UHGV virus genome: UHGV-1375844
Direction: 5' to 3' (one strand)
Origin: a virus
Length of the DNA stretch: 64,000 bases
Shown here: positions 55,274 to 63,499 of the stretch, piece after piece
How the letters are laid out: the number at the start of each line of letters is the position of its first letter
Position numbering within the stretch: the stretch's first letter is position 1
Notes under the pieces: model-generated
The model's database searches: none
What the model saw: only the letters and a program-made list of their open reading frames with translations
What the model was told of the DNA's origin: nothing
Made by a program: the position numbers and the translations under genes

Positions 55274-56833
55274 ATGACAGTTCGTATTGTATCGAATGCC
55301 GTCAATGCACTTATTTCGGGTGCAGATGACAATGTAAAAAGGCTCGTTCAGGAAATGTTGAGCTACGAAGTAGAGGCTGGTGACTGGAAAGGCACCAGCA
55401 CGATGTTCAACTGGAGCAAAAATGCGTTCCCGGCCGGCTTCGCCAAGCCAGTGGCAGCCAACCTTCTCAAAGCGGGCATCAAATGCGTCCACGTTCGTAA
55501 GGATAAAGCGACGCCGCTTGGCAAGCCTAATCCAGTCGTTAATCCGTTTCCGTACAACCCAGACTATGCCTATCAAGATCAGACTGTCGAAACGCTCGTT
55601 CGCGAGGGGATGATGATCGCGCAAATTGCGACAGGGGGCGGGAAGTCTAACGTAGCGTGTAAAGCAGCAGCACGTATTGGGCGAATGACGTTGTTTTTAA
55701 CCACGCGTTCTGTTTTGATGTTCCAGATGGCTGAAAATTTCCAAAAATCTATCGATTATCGAGCTGAAAACGGAGAACCGTGGCTTAAAGGCCAGAAGGT
55801 GGGCGTAATAGGATCTGGTCAGTGTCAGGTTTCACGCCATATCAACGTCGCAACGGTGCAAACCCTGGCCAGCTTCCTTGAAGAACCGCCACGCGATGCT
55901 TCACCGGAAAAGAGGAATCACCACCTTAGACGTCAGGGGCTTGTTAAGCGGTTCCTTTCCAGCGTTTCCCTCCTGATTCTGGAAGAAGCCCACGAATCAT
56001 CAGGCTCCAATTTCTACGATATAGCGCGGTTATGCATTAATGCTGATTATCGACTGGCTCTGACAGCTACACCGTTCATGAAGGATTCGACGGAAGCGAA
56101 CATGCGTCTCATGGCAGTGGCCGGGCGAATTGAGATCAAAGTCACCGAAAAATACTTGATCGACCGAGGTATTTTAGCAAAGCCCTACTTTCTTTATCAT
56201 AAGATCTCGTACACTCCGGATGAGGTACGAATCCGGGCCGAACTAGCTTCAAAACATCTCAATTTCAGGGTCGGAATGAGCACTGCGTATCAGAAAGCCT
56301 ATCAATTAGGTATTGTCTACAATCTGGCTCGCAACGAAGCCATTGTGCGTGAGGCGCTCATGTACAAAAGCCACGGCCTGAACTGTATGACACTGGTGCG
56401 TCTGAAAAGGCATGGACAGATCCTGATGGAAATGATGAGAGAGAGCGGCCTTAACGTCGACTTTATCTATGGGGAGTCAAATCAGTCTACCCGGCAAGCC
56501 AAACTGAGCAGCTTAGCGGCAGGCAAGATAGACGTTTTGATTGGCTCAACCATACTGGATGTAGGCGTCGACGTTCCTAGCGTCGGGGCGGTAATTCTGG
56601 GTGGTGGAGGAAAGGCCGAAGTTGAAATGCGTCAGCGCGTAGGACGTGGCCTTCGAGCCAAAAAAAATCAGGCGAATGTGTGTTTTGTTACCGACTTCAT
56701 CGATGTGAGCAACAAATATCTCATGTCGCACTCATATGAACGGAAAAACATCATCGACACTACGCCTGGGTTTGCCGAGGGCGTATTGCCAGTGGGTAGC
56801 ACCTTCGATTTTACTGTTTTAAATAGAGAGTAA
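55274..56833 (+). CDS. Superfamily 2 helicase (DEAH-like)
   Basis: Motif I ATGGGKSN, motif II LILEEAHES, motif VI QRVGRGLR; AAGGAAAGAGG RBS; 519 aa. Confidence 0.75.
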   Translation: MTVRIVSNAVNALISGADDNVKRLVQEMLSYEVEAGDWKGTSTMFNWSKNAFPAGFAKPVAANLLKAGIKCVHVRKDKATPLGKPNPVVNPFPYNPDYAYQDQTVETLVREGMMIAQIATGGGKSNVACKAAARIGRMTLFLTTRSVLMFQMAENFQKSIDYRAENGEPWLKGQKVGVIGSGQCQVSRHINVATVQTLASFLEEPPRDASPEKRNHHLRRQGLVKRFLSSVSLLILEEAHESSGSNFYDIARLCINADYRLALTATPFMKDSTEANMRLMAVAGRIEIKVTEKYLIDRGILAKPYFLYHKISYTPDEVRIRAELASKHLNFRVGMSTAYQKAYQLGIVYNLARNEAIVREALMYKSHGLNCMTLVRLKRHGQILMEMMRESGLNVDFIYGESNQSTRQAKLSSLAAGKIDVLIGSTILDVGVDVPSVGAVILGGGGKAEVEMRQRVGRGLRAKKNQANVCFVTDFIDVSNKYLMSHSYERKNIIDTTPGFAEGVLPVGSTFDFTVLNRE

Positions 56834-56835
56834 TA

Positions 56836-57114
56836 ATGAGCGATAAACGCGCTATACATTGCCAGGTGCAACTGACCGAGAAGGCCAACGACAAGCTGGA
56901 AAACTTTCAAAATCGTCTTCGTGAACGCAACATTAAGTTGTCAAAGGCAGACATCATCAATCTGGTGCTGGCCAACATGACAGTTGCCGATTTTGATAAG
57001 GCAGCGACATCTCTGGAGGCGTCAGCGAAAGCTCGTGAAAAAGTCATGAAAATTTACGAGAACTCGGGGATGACCAAAGAAGATTTGGCCGATATTCTAA
57101 AACGTCTCGACTGA
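56836..57114 (+). CDS. Hypothetical small protein (92 aa)
   Basis: ORF track; followed by terminator hairpin atggcgcc-ttta-ggcgccat + GTTTT (57121-57145). Confidence 0.45.
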   Translation: MSDKRAIHCQVQLTEKANDKLENFQNRLRERNIKLSKADIINLVLANMTVADFDKAATSLEASAKAREKVMKIYENSGMTKEDLADILKRLD

Positions 57115-57120
57115 ATCAAG

Positions 57121-57145
57121 ATGGCGCCTTTAGGCGCCATGTTTT
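57121..57145 (+). terminator. Rho-independent terminator
   Basis: Perfect 8-bp stem, 4-nt loop, T-rich tail. Confidence 0.6.
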
Positions 57146-57176
57146 AATGAACTGATAAGGACTTTGTTCAGGTACG

Positions 57177-57599
57177 ATGAAATACGTAATAATTCCACTA
57201 ATCACCACCTCTGCTTTACTTCTTTCCGCATGTCAGTCCCGTCCTGTTTCTGTTTCTGATGCAAAACCCGCGCCGCAGGCCAGAGTATTCAAATATCAGA
57301 CTCCAGAAGCCTCCACCCTGGTGGTCTTACGTGATAAAGGCATGGTCGGCTCTGGATGTGACGCTTCCATCTTCATCAATGGGGAAACCGTCGCAAAACT
57401 GGAGACAGGTGAAAAAGCCACTTTCCATCTTGCAGCTGGAGAATGGATCGTCGGAGCCTCGCTTGAAGGTTCCGGACTGTGCGCACTTAACCCGGCACGA
57501 CAGGAGCGTGAAACAATTACCAAAGCCGGTGACACGAAAGTGTTCAGGGTGTTTACCAGCAATGCTGGTGACATAGATATTCTTCCAACGACGCTGTAA
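57177..57599 (+). CDS. Lipoprotein (140 aa)
   Basis: Signal peptide and lipobox (IIPLITTSALLLSAC). Confidence 0.55.
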   Translation: MKYVIIPLITTSALLLSACQSRPVSVSDAKPAPQARVFKYQTPEASTLVVLRDKGMVGSGCDASIFINGETVAKLETGEKATFHLAAGEWIVGASLEGSGLCALNPARQERETITKAGDTKVFRVFTSNAGDIDILPTTL

Positions 57600-57603
57600 T
57601 GAC

Positions 57604-58131
57604 ATGACGAACATAACTGACATCACCTACGGTATACCTGCAGAAGTCTGGCCGCGGGATTATTCTAACGTCGAGAAGGCACTCATGTTCTGGCGTAAAT
57701 CCCTCATTCCTGTAAGGGTCACGATGGAGGATGGTCAGGTGTTCTGCATGTATGTGCAGGGTCTCATGTCATCCCGCAATAAGGTTGATCTTTGCTCTGC
57801 CCCGTTCGACAAAGAAAATCGTATAAGGCTCCCACTTGAGCGGATCAGCACGATTGAGTCGGGTGTGACAGAAAGTATTGGACACGACTTCAAGGGGCGA
57901 ATCACGATTAACCCCGAATATGTTGATAATCGGCCATCTCGCCGGGACTTCTTCAAAATCTGTCGGCAGGCTCATGCGTCTCAGAAGTCTATAAGGGTGT
58001 ACATGGCGGATGGCCGTGAAATTGAAGGTGTGTCATTAGGCGTTGACGCTTGCCAGGTCACGATCGGCATTGGTGAAGGTCGCAAGATGGTGGTCTTGTT
58101 CGATTGGGTCGAAAGGATTATACCGTTTTAA
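57604..58131 (+). CDS. Hypothetical protein (175 aa)
   Basis: ORF track; 4 nt after the lipoprotein gene. Confidence 0.45.
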   Translation: MTNITDITYGIPAEVWPRDYSNVEKALMFWRKSLIPVRVTMEDGQVFCMYVQGLMSSRNKVDLCSAPFDKENRIRLPLERISTIESGVTESIGHDFKGRITINPEYVDNRPSRRDFFKICRQAHASQKSIRVYMADGREIEGVSLGVDACQVTIGIGEGRKMVVLFDWVERIIPF

Positions 58132-58452
58132 ATCTATAAGGGTAATAACCGGCTAAGTCCGGTTATTATTTTATGGGTCACTTCTTCACTATATATTCCT
58201 TACAGCCAATTCCCGCCAATAATATATAAGGGCAATCTCACAATTGCGTTATTTATTTAGGGAACACCTTCAAGAAAAACGGATTTATTTCTAAGACTTT
58301 GATTTTTATTGAATAAAATTTTTTCCTGCTACCTTACAAAAAATACTTGCTTTTAAAATTCATATAGCGATAATTACACACATCGAAAGCGAACACGCTA
58401 ACGATAAATAAAAAACAAATTAATTTTCAATATTACATAAGGATTAAATATT

Positions 58453-59100
58453 ATGTCTAACGTTATCTCTAAAAAAGCTATCATCGACGCTGCTGTAGTT
58501 ATCACTGAAGAGCTTCAGATCAAAGCAAATGAAGCAAGCCAGACACGCGAACAACGCGCTAAAAATGGAACTGCTACCAAAGCAGATAAAGCTAACGAGC
58601 TTGCAGCCACTACTAAACTTGCATACTTCACTAACAACGTATTAAACGCGCTTAAAGATGAAAAATTAGCTGGTGTCTTTTACTACGCGATTAAAGCCAG
58701 CAAGCAAGATCCAGAAGTATTTTTCCGTGAAGCGATGACTAATAGCTACTCTCTCGAAAAGCTGGTTTATCTGGTGAAGTCTATTAAGTCTGGCAAATGT
58801 GTTTATTCAGTCGCTGATATGTCAGGATCTCGCGTATTCGCATTAATCGAAATGATTAATGATGAAATGGAAACTTTTACTAATGGCGCTGTATTCGATT
58901 TAATGAATGAAGCTAAAAAAGCATGTGAGATTAAATTAGACGCTGGCTACACTCAAGCCAATCAGCTTATCAATTTGTGTGAACGTCTGGGACTGGTCGA
59001 GAAGATCAAAGGAATGGGCGCTGCTAAAAACGGATCTCAGCAATATCGCTTTATCAAGAATGATTTTTATAACTATCTGGCTGAAGCGTTCAAAGCGTAA
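58453..59100 (+). CDS. Hypothetical protein (215 aa), AT-rich moron-like gene
   Basis: Preceded by a ~300-bp very AT-rich promoter-like region (58140-58450); followed by a strong terminator. Confidence 0.5.
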   Translation: MSNVISKKAIIDAAVVITEELQIKANEASQTREQRAKNGTATKADKANELAATTKLAYFTNNVLNALKDEKLAGVFYYAIKASKQDPEVFFREAMTNSYSLEKLVYLVKSIKSGKCVYSVADMSGSRVFALIEMINDEMETFTNGAVFDLMNEAKKACEIKLDAGYTQANQLINLCERLGLVEKIKGMGAAKNGSQQYRFIKNDFYNYLAEAFKA

Positions 59101-59112
59101 TTAGATGGATAT

Positions 59113-59138
59113 AGCGCCCACTATGGGCGCTAGTTTTA
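59113..59138 (+). terminator. Rho-independent terminator (agcgccca-ctat-gggcgct + T-run)
   Basis: Hairpin followed by agtttt. Confidence 0.6.
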
Positions 59139-59150
59139 AGGATAAAAATC

Positions 59151-59354
59151 ATGACAAGCTATGACCAGATCCTCGCGGAGTATCGCGCAAAATATCGCGC
59201 TTATAAACTTGAATTAATCGACGATCTAAAAGCGCAACGCGATAAACTAAATTTTACTTTTGCTGATTTGCTTAACAGTAAAAGAGACTGTAAACGCAAG
59301 CGTGAATATTTGCGCTTGTCTGAAATGATCGGAAAACTGCAAAACAGCATTTAA
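59151..59354 (+). CDS. Hypothetical small basic protein (67 aa)
   Basis: ORF track; AGGA RBS; flanked by two near-identical terminator hairpins. Confidence 0.45.
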   Translation: MTSYDQILAEYRAKYRAYKLELIDDLKAQRDKLNFTFADLLNSKRDCKRKREYLRLSEMIGKLQNSI

Positions 59355-59356
59355 AC

Positions 59357-59430
59357 AAAAGCGCCCACTATGGGCGCTTTTTTCGTTTCAGGATCTCCAC
59401 CATAACGCGCCAACAATGGCGCGTTTTCTT
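59357..59430 (+). terminator. Tandem rho-independent terminators
   Basis: aaagcgccca-ctat-gggcgcttttttcg (59357-59382) and aacgcgcc-aacaat-ggcgcgttttctttt (59404-59430). Confidence 0.65.
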
Positions 59431-59859
59431 TTGTCTGGCGTTCACTCATTCACAACAAAAATAAGCTCCATAAAAACGCCACTGCGACGCGTTTTAACGT
59501 GTGGCAATACGTACCCATAGCTAAAACAAAAAAGCGCTCAGAATGCGAGGTGTGGCGTTTTAGTGTATGGCTTATTTTATGCTGTCGTGGGCGTGATCGT
59601 CTGGCGTTATCTGGCGACGTGATCCGCGCCATCCTTCGGGACGTGTCGGCAATAATGGCGTGATCCGTGGGCGCTCGCGTATAGTCTCCACGTTGGCGCA
59701 ACGTGTACGCGCTTACAGTCTCGTTTATTCAGTGATTCATAATCACATAGCGAAAGCTATCCGGATGGCTCAGGGGCTGAAAAGCCCACCAGCACCACCC
59801 CAGCGCCTCTGTGCATTTTCTGGTGTGATTCTGAGCGTCTCCCGCTCGGTTTCTACATA

Positions 59860-59990
59860 GAGGCAAACCCAGCCGTTTCCCGAAAATTCCCTGGCCGTTT
59901 CCCTACGGCTGCCCGAATCGCTCTCTGGCCGTTCCTGAAGTTTTCCCCTGCGGCAGCGGGCGTCCAAAAAGAAAGGGCCGTTTCCAGCCC
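59860..59990. repeat. Iteron-like array 1 (GCCGTTTCC motif, 4 copies)
   Basis: cagccgtttccc, ggccgtttccct, ggccgttcctg (variant), gggccgtttccag at irregular 25-40-bp spacing. Confidence 0.55.
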
Positions 59991-59998
59991 CTCCCCTC

Positions 59999-60481
59999 TC
60001 ACACGCCAGGCAGGATATGAATGCGGTTGCTGACATACATCTCTTTCACGAAGTCCCCGCATGTGACTTTCCATTCACTGACACCGGCTTCATAAACCAC
60101 GTTTTTGCATTTAAGTGCATTGTCAGCGATACGCACACCCTGCGCTGTTGCTTCCTGGTCGGTGAAGTCGAACCCGGATTCAGTTTTGACCCACACGGCA
60201 ATTTGTGTTGCCAGCTCGATGAGTTTTGACTGGCAGAAGCGACCGCGTCGTACCGGGAAGATAAATACCCCGAACCCCGCGGTGGTAACGTAGGCTTTTT
60301 CGAATACGCGTTTATGTCGACGGTTACAGATAATGTTGCTGGCGATCTGCTGCTTCTCTTTCCCTGACAACTCAATGGTCTCATTGCCACGCCAGGCGCC
60401 CAGCACGCTTTTTTCAATGTCAGAGTAAGTCACGGAGATCGTGCCATGCTCGGGAGTGTTCACAGTAGCGATATAGTTCAT
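59999..60481 (-). CDS. Hypothetical early protein (160 aa)
   Basis: ORF track; own promoter-proximal motif upstream. Confidence 0.5.
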   Translation of the reverse strand: MNYIATVNTPEHGTISVTYSDIEKSVLGAWRGNETIELSGKEKQQIASNIICNRRHKRVFEKAYVTTAGFGVFIFPVRRGRFCQSKLIELATQIAVWVKTESGFDFTDQEATAQGVRIADNALKCKNVVYEAGVSEWKVTCGDFVKEMYVSNRIHILPGV

Positions 60482-60493
60482 CGAGATAATCCT

Positions 60494-60517
60494 TTAAACA
60501 ATTTGTTTTCTTGATGG
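60494..60517 (-). promoter_or_regulatory. Conserved promoter-proximal near-palindrome, copy 6
   Basis: ttaaacaatttgttttcttgatgg; on the minus strand follows GATAAT (-10-like) with a TTGGAC -35-like box 16 nt upstream. Confidence 0.5.
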
Positions 60518-60704
60518 TTTAATTATCGCTACGCGTATCAGGCGTCCAAGCGCTCTATTCCGGCATCTGTTTGCCTGAAGGGAGTCAGAGGGTCGTTCGG
60601 TAGCCTGGCGGTAAGAGGTGGGTGTTTTGCCTGATGTGATGAGGTTGGTATATCTGGCGGGCAAGCGGTGCTATCTTGGCCGCAGGTAACTCAGGAGACT
60701 CAAG

Positions 60705-60893
60705 ATGTTAGATAAACTGGATAATCTGCAATTAAGCGAAGAAGAGGCAACGGCTCTGGCCCAGCTCGTCAAACGACTCACCTGGACTGATATGCGAGGC
60801 TGTGCCGTTGACGATGATGAGGCGTATACCATCAGTGATGCGGTCGCCAAATTGCAGAAGAGTCTCGCTGAAGCAGGCTTCGCTCCGCGATAG
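60705..60893 (+). CDS. Hypothetical small protein (62 aa)
   Basis: ORF track; AGGAG RBS. Confidence 0.35.
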   Translation: MLDKLDNLQLSEEEATALAQLVKRLTWTDMRGCAVDDDEAYTISDAVAKLQKSLAEAGFAPR

Positions 60894-60920
60894 GCCACCA
60901 GCAAGGGTGGCCCCGTTCTC

Positions 60921-61202
60921 TTAGTGGAGCAGACCGACGTCGATGGTGTCGCCGGAGTCTGTGATGCGGATCATCAGCATGGCGAAGGCATTTAACGGAT
61001 AGCCTGCGTGCCACTCCGGGAAACGATCGTCTCGCATGAAATCGGCAATGTCATACACGCTGTCCTGAAAACGGAAGAAGCGGGTGGCGCTCTGCTCGTC
61101 GTATTCAACATGATCCATCTCCTGCTGTTCTGCCGGCGACAGGTCCAGCCAGGACTCCAGGTAAACATTTTCAGCTTTAGGGGTAATTGTAAAATCGGTC
61201 AT
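60921..61202 (-). CDS. Hypothetical early acidic protein (93 aa)
   Basis: ORF track; own promoter-proximal motif. Confidence 0.45.
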   Translation of the reverse strand: MTDFTITPKAENVYLESWLDLSPAEQQEMDHVEYDEQSATRFFRFQDSVYDIADFMRDDRFPEWHAGYPLNAFAMLMIRITDSGDTIDVGLLH

Positions 61203-61220
61203 GTGCTTAATCCTCAGTGC

Positions 61221-61244
61221 GTAAACAATTTGTTTTCTTGTTGG
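61221..61244 (-). promoter_or_regulatory. Conserved promoter-proximal near-palindrome, copy 7
   Basis: gtaaacaatttgttttcttgttgg followed by taattatcgc (GATAAT on the minus strand). Confidence 0.5.
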
Positions 61245-61329
61245 TGTAATTATCGCAGTGTGAATAAGGCAGAAAACATTTTGTTATCGGGGGCAAGTAA
61301 GTGGCGCGGGATTCGCGCCACTGGCGGGA

Positions 61330-61722
61330 TTAGGCGAACACGCTTTCAGGGATGTAATCATCAATGAGTGCGCCGGAGTTAATGCGCAAACCGTACTGAC
61401 CCATCCAGGTGCTGTTAGGGTTAAGATCTGAGGTGAACAGCGCGTTCACTTTCGTCATAAGCGATTCGAACATCGTACTATCGACGGTGCGGAAGTAGGC
61501 TTCCAGTTTGAGCAGTAGCGGATCTGATGCGTCGCTAATGTTCTGGTAGCCAATGGCGTATGTGCTCTTATCAGTACCCTTACGCACTAAGGTGCTGGTA
61601 TGTACCTCAGTTCCGGTGGTGTTATCACGCACAACAACGGTCAGTTTGGCAGTGGCTTCGCCGGAGGTGGTCTCAGATGCATAATGCAGATCGAGTACCA
61701 GATTTTCACGTAAAACAGTCAT
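61330..61722 (-). CDS. Hypothetical early protein (130 aa)
   Basis: ORF track. Confidence 0.45.
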   Translation of the reverse strand: MTVLRENLVLDLHYASETTSGEATAKLTVVVRDNTTGTEVHTSTLVRKGTDKSTYAIGYQNISDASDPLLLKLEAYFRTVDSTMFESLMTKVNALFTSDLNPNSTWMGQYGLRINSGALIDDYIPESVFA

Positions 61723-61762
61723 TATCTTCTCCCTGTGTTAGACCCCTTTTATATTATTGTCA

Positions 61763-61778
61763 TAAGTAACTACTTACA
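61763..61778. repeat. Intergenic palindrome family, copy
   Basis: ataagtaactacttac. Confidence 0.45.
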
Positions 61779-61852
61779 ATACAGAGTAGCCAAAAAAGCC
61801 CCGAAGGATGGACGGGGCTGTCGTAAATTCGACTAAACGCTTTTGCACATGG

Positions 61853-62164
61853 TCAGGCTGTGGCTTGAAGAGAGACGCGCTGTATTTCCTGCTGGGCTGC
61901 TTTATTGGCTTCAAGTAATGCCAGCTCAAGCTCCCCTTCTGGCCATATCATTTGTTTGGACACCCATCCTGTTTTCCCCTGGCGTCTGACACTCATCACA
62001 TAGCGCGAGCGGGCGCCATTTTCGAACGTGACAAGTGTCTCCTTGAAGAGCCTGATGGATGTACCGTTTGCGATAACATCAAGGAGAGTCAGTTGCTTCA
62101 GTATTGTTGGCTTGGCCTTTTTTGGCTGCCCAACACTCAGTCTGGAAATCATCCCGATATTCAT
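61853..62164 (-). CDS. Hypothetical early protein (start at internal Met, MNIGMISRLSVGQ)
   Basis: ORF-track frame extends through the promoter motif; ATG at 62164 lies just downstream of motif copy 8. Confidence 0.45.
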   Translation of the reverse strand: MNIGMISRLSVGQPKKAKPTILKQLTLLDVIANGTSIRLFKETLVTFENGARSRYVMSVRRQGKTGWVSKQMIWPEGELELALLEANKAAQQEIQRVSLQATA

Positions 62165-62175
62165 ACACAACTCCG

Positions 62176-62199
62176 TAAACAATTTGTTTTCTTGATGGC
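62176..62199 (-). promoter_or_regulatory. Conserved promoter-proximal near-palindrome, copy 8
   Basis: gtaaacaatttgttttcttgatgg; TATTAT -10-like hexamer on the minus strand. Confidence 0.5.
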
Positions 62200-62304
62200 G
62201 TAAATAATACCAGTGTGAAAACGGTGACAAAGCGTGTCGTTACGGCGCTGCGCTGCCCCGGAGGTGGCAAACAACAAAAAGCCACCGTGCTGGTGGCCTC
62301 ACTC

Positions 62305-62523
62305 TTAATCTTCTTCGTCCGGGAACTCGCTGTGTACCGCGTCCACCAGCTGCCGCTTTTCATCTTCACTCAGCAGGTGCCAGATATCCTTCCCTTTGGG
62401 CGATTCCCCTTCTGCCGGGACGAACGACCATAGCTTGCGGTGCAGTTCCGGCCCTACAGCATCCAGACATTCGGCCAGCGAATCCACACTCCACACCTCA
62501 ACCAGCACAGGCATCTTAATCAT
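62305..62523 (-). CDS. Hypothetical early acidic protein (start at internal Met, MIKMPVLVEVW)
   Basis: ORF track 62305..62601; internal ATG 62523 has a GAGGG RBS. Confidence 0.4.
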   Translation of the reverse strand: MIKMPVLVEVWSVDSLAECLDAVGPELHRKLWSFVPAEGESPKGKDIWHLLSEDEKRQLVDAVHSEFPDEED

Positions 62524-62533
62524 CTCTTCGCCC

Positions 62534-62752
62534 TCACTTCGTTTCTGACGTTGTGCAGTTCCACGCGACGGACATTGGGCTGTCCTCGATATGGAAATCA
62601 AACGTCCCTTCTCTGTACCCTTCAGAGATAAGCGTCGCTACGCGAGTAGTGACATCCTGGGAACGGATAACGTCATCGAGGGAGATCTGGAGTTCGTCAG
62701 TGCATGTCTCTTCTCCGCAAAGGGTGATGCTGATATTAAGATGCTTGTACAT
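62534..62752 (-). CDS. Hypothetical early protein (72 aa)
   Basis: ORF track; promoter-proximal motif upstream. Confidence 0.45.
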   Translation of the reverse strand: MYKHLNISITLCGEETCTDELQISLDDVIRSQDVTTRVATLISEGYREGTFDFHIEDSPMSVAWNCTTSETK

Positions 62753-62767
62753 GTGTTTCTCCTTTGT

Positions 62768-62790
62768 CTAAACACGTTGTTTTCTTATTG
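62768..62790 (-). promoter_or_regulatory. Conserved promoter-proximal near-palindrome, copy 9 (variant AAACACGTTGTTTTCT)
   Basis: ctaaacacgttgttttcttattgg followed by ttattatcgc. Confidence 0.45.
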
Positions 62791-62897
62791 GTGTTATTAT
62801 CGCAATAAGAAAACGGGGAAAAAGCATTCATTAAAGGCTGATGTGTTTGTGTCGATTTATTGCTATGTATGTATCTGGCTAACTCAGAGGGAATGTG

Positions 62898-63140
62898 ATG
62901 AGCACTAACAACTACACAGACGGCTACTTCAGCATCGATGTCGAGAGAGGCGAACTGCTACATGGCGGCGCCTCTGTTGGACGCATTATTCTGGTCAACG
63001 GCCAGATTTACACAGAGCTGGACGATAGCAGTGCAGACACACCTGTCGTCTCCGGTCCCTTCGGGACAAGAGAGGAGGCGTTAGATGATTTGTGGGACAA
63101 CAGGGATGATGCAAATCAGGGCAGCGAGATTTTCGAATAA
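62898..63140 (+). CDS. Hypothetical acidic protein (80 aa)
   Basis: ORF track starts at GTG 62895; ATG at 62898 with GAGGGA RBS. Confidence 0.4.
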   Translation: MSTNNYTDGYFSIDVERGELLHGGASVGRIILVNGQIYTELDDSSADTPVVSGPFGTREEALDDLWDNRDDANQGSEIFE

Positions 63141-63289
63141 ACGTCCTCGGCAATTTCGCCACCAAAACCCTTAACCCTTTACACTAGCTCTGGCTTCCCG
63201 ACATGAGCGTGCGAAGCTAGTCTGGTCTCAACACTCAATTGCGGGACTCACAAGTTCCCGCAATATTCAGGTTAACGAGAAGCAAGACA

Positions 63290-63450
63290 CACTCCCGCAG
63301 CGCTCCCTCGCTCTTTACCGGGATGCATCCGTTTCCTGACCTGAAGCCAGCCTTTTCCCGGTTCGCATGACGGGATTCTCCCCGTTTCCCTGAAAAACCC
63401 AGCCGTTTCCCTGCGGCGATGCTCCCGTTTTCCAGTAGGGATGCAGCCTT
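63290..63450. repeat. Iteron-like array 2 (CCGTTTCC motif, 5-6 copies)
   Basis: atccgtttcctg, agccttttcccgg, ccccgtttccctg, agccgtttccctg, cccgttttccag, agccttttctctg. Confidence 0.55.
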
Positions 63451-63499
63451 TTCTCTGGATGGCCCGCAGGTTGACCGTAGGGGTGGGGAGGGACGTTAC

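Noticed and set aside
59860-63450. Possible CRISPR array suggested by the short repeated CCGTTTCC motif
   Set aside because: Repeats are only 8-9 bp with irregular 25-40-bp spacing and imperfect copies; not a repeat-spacer architecture
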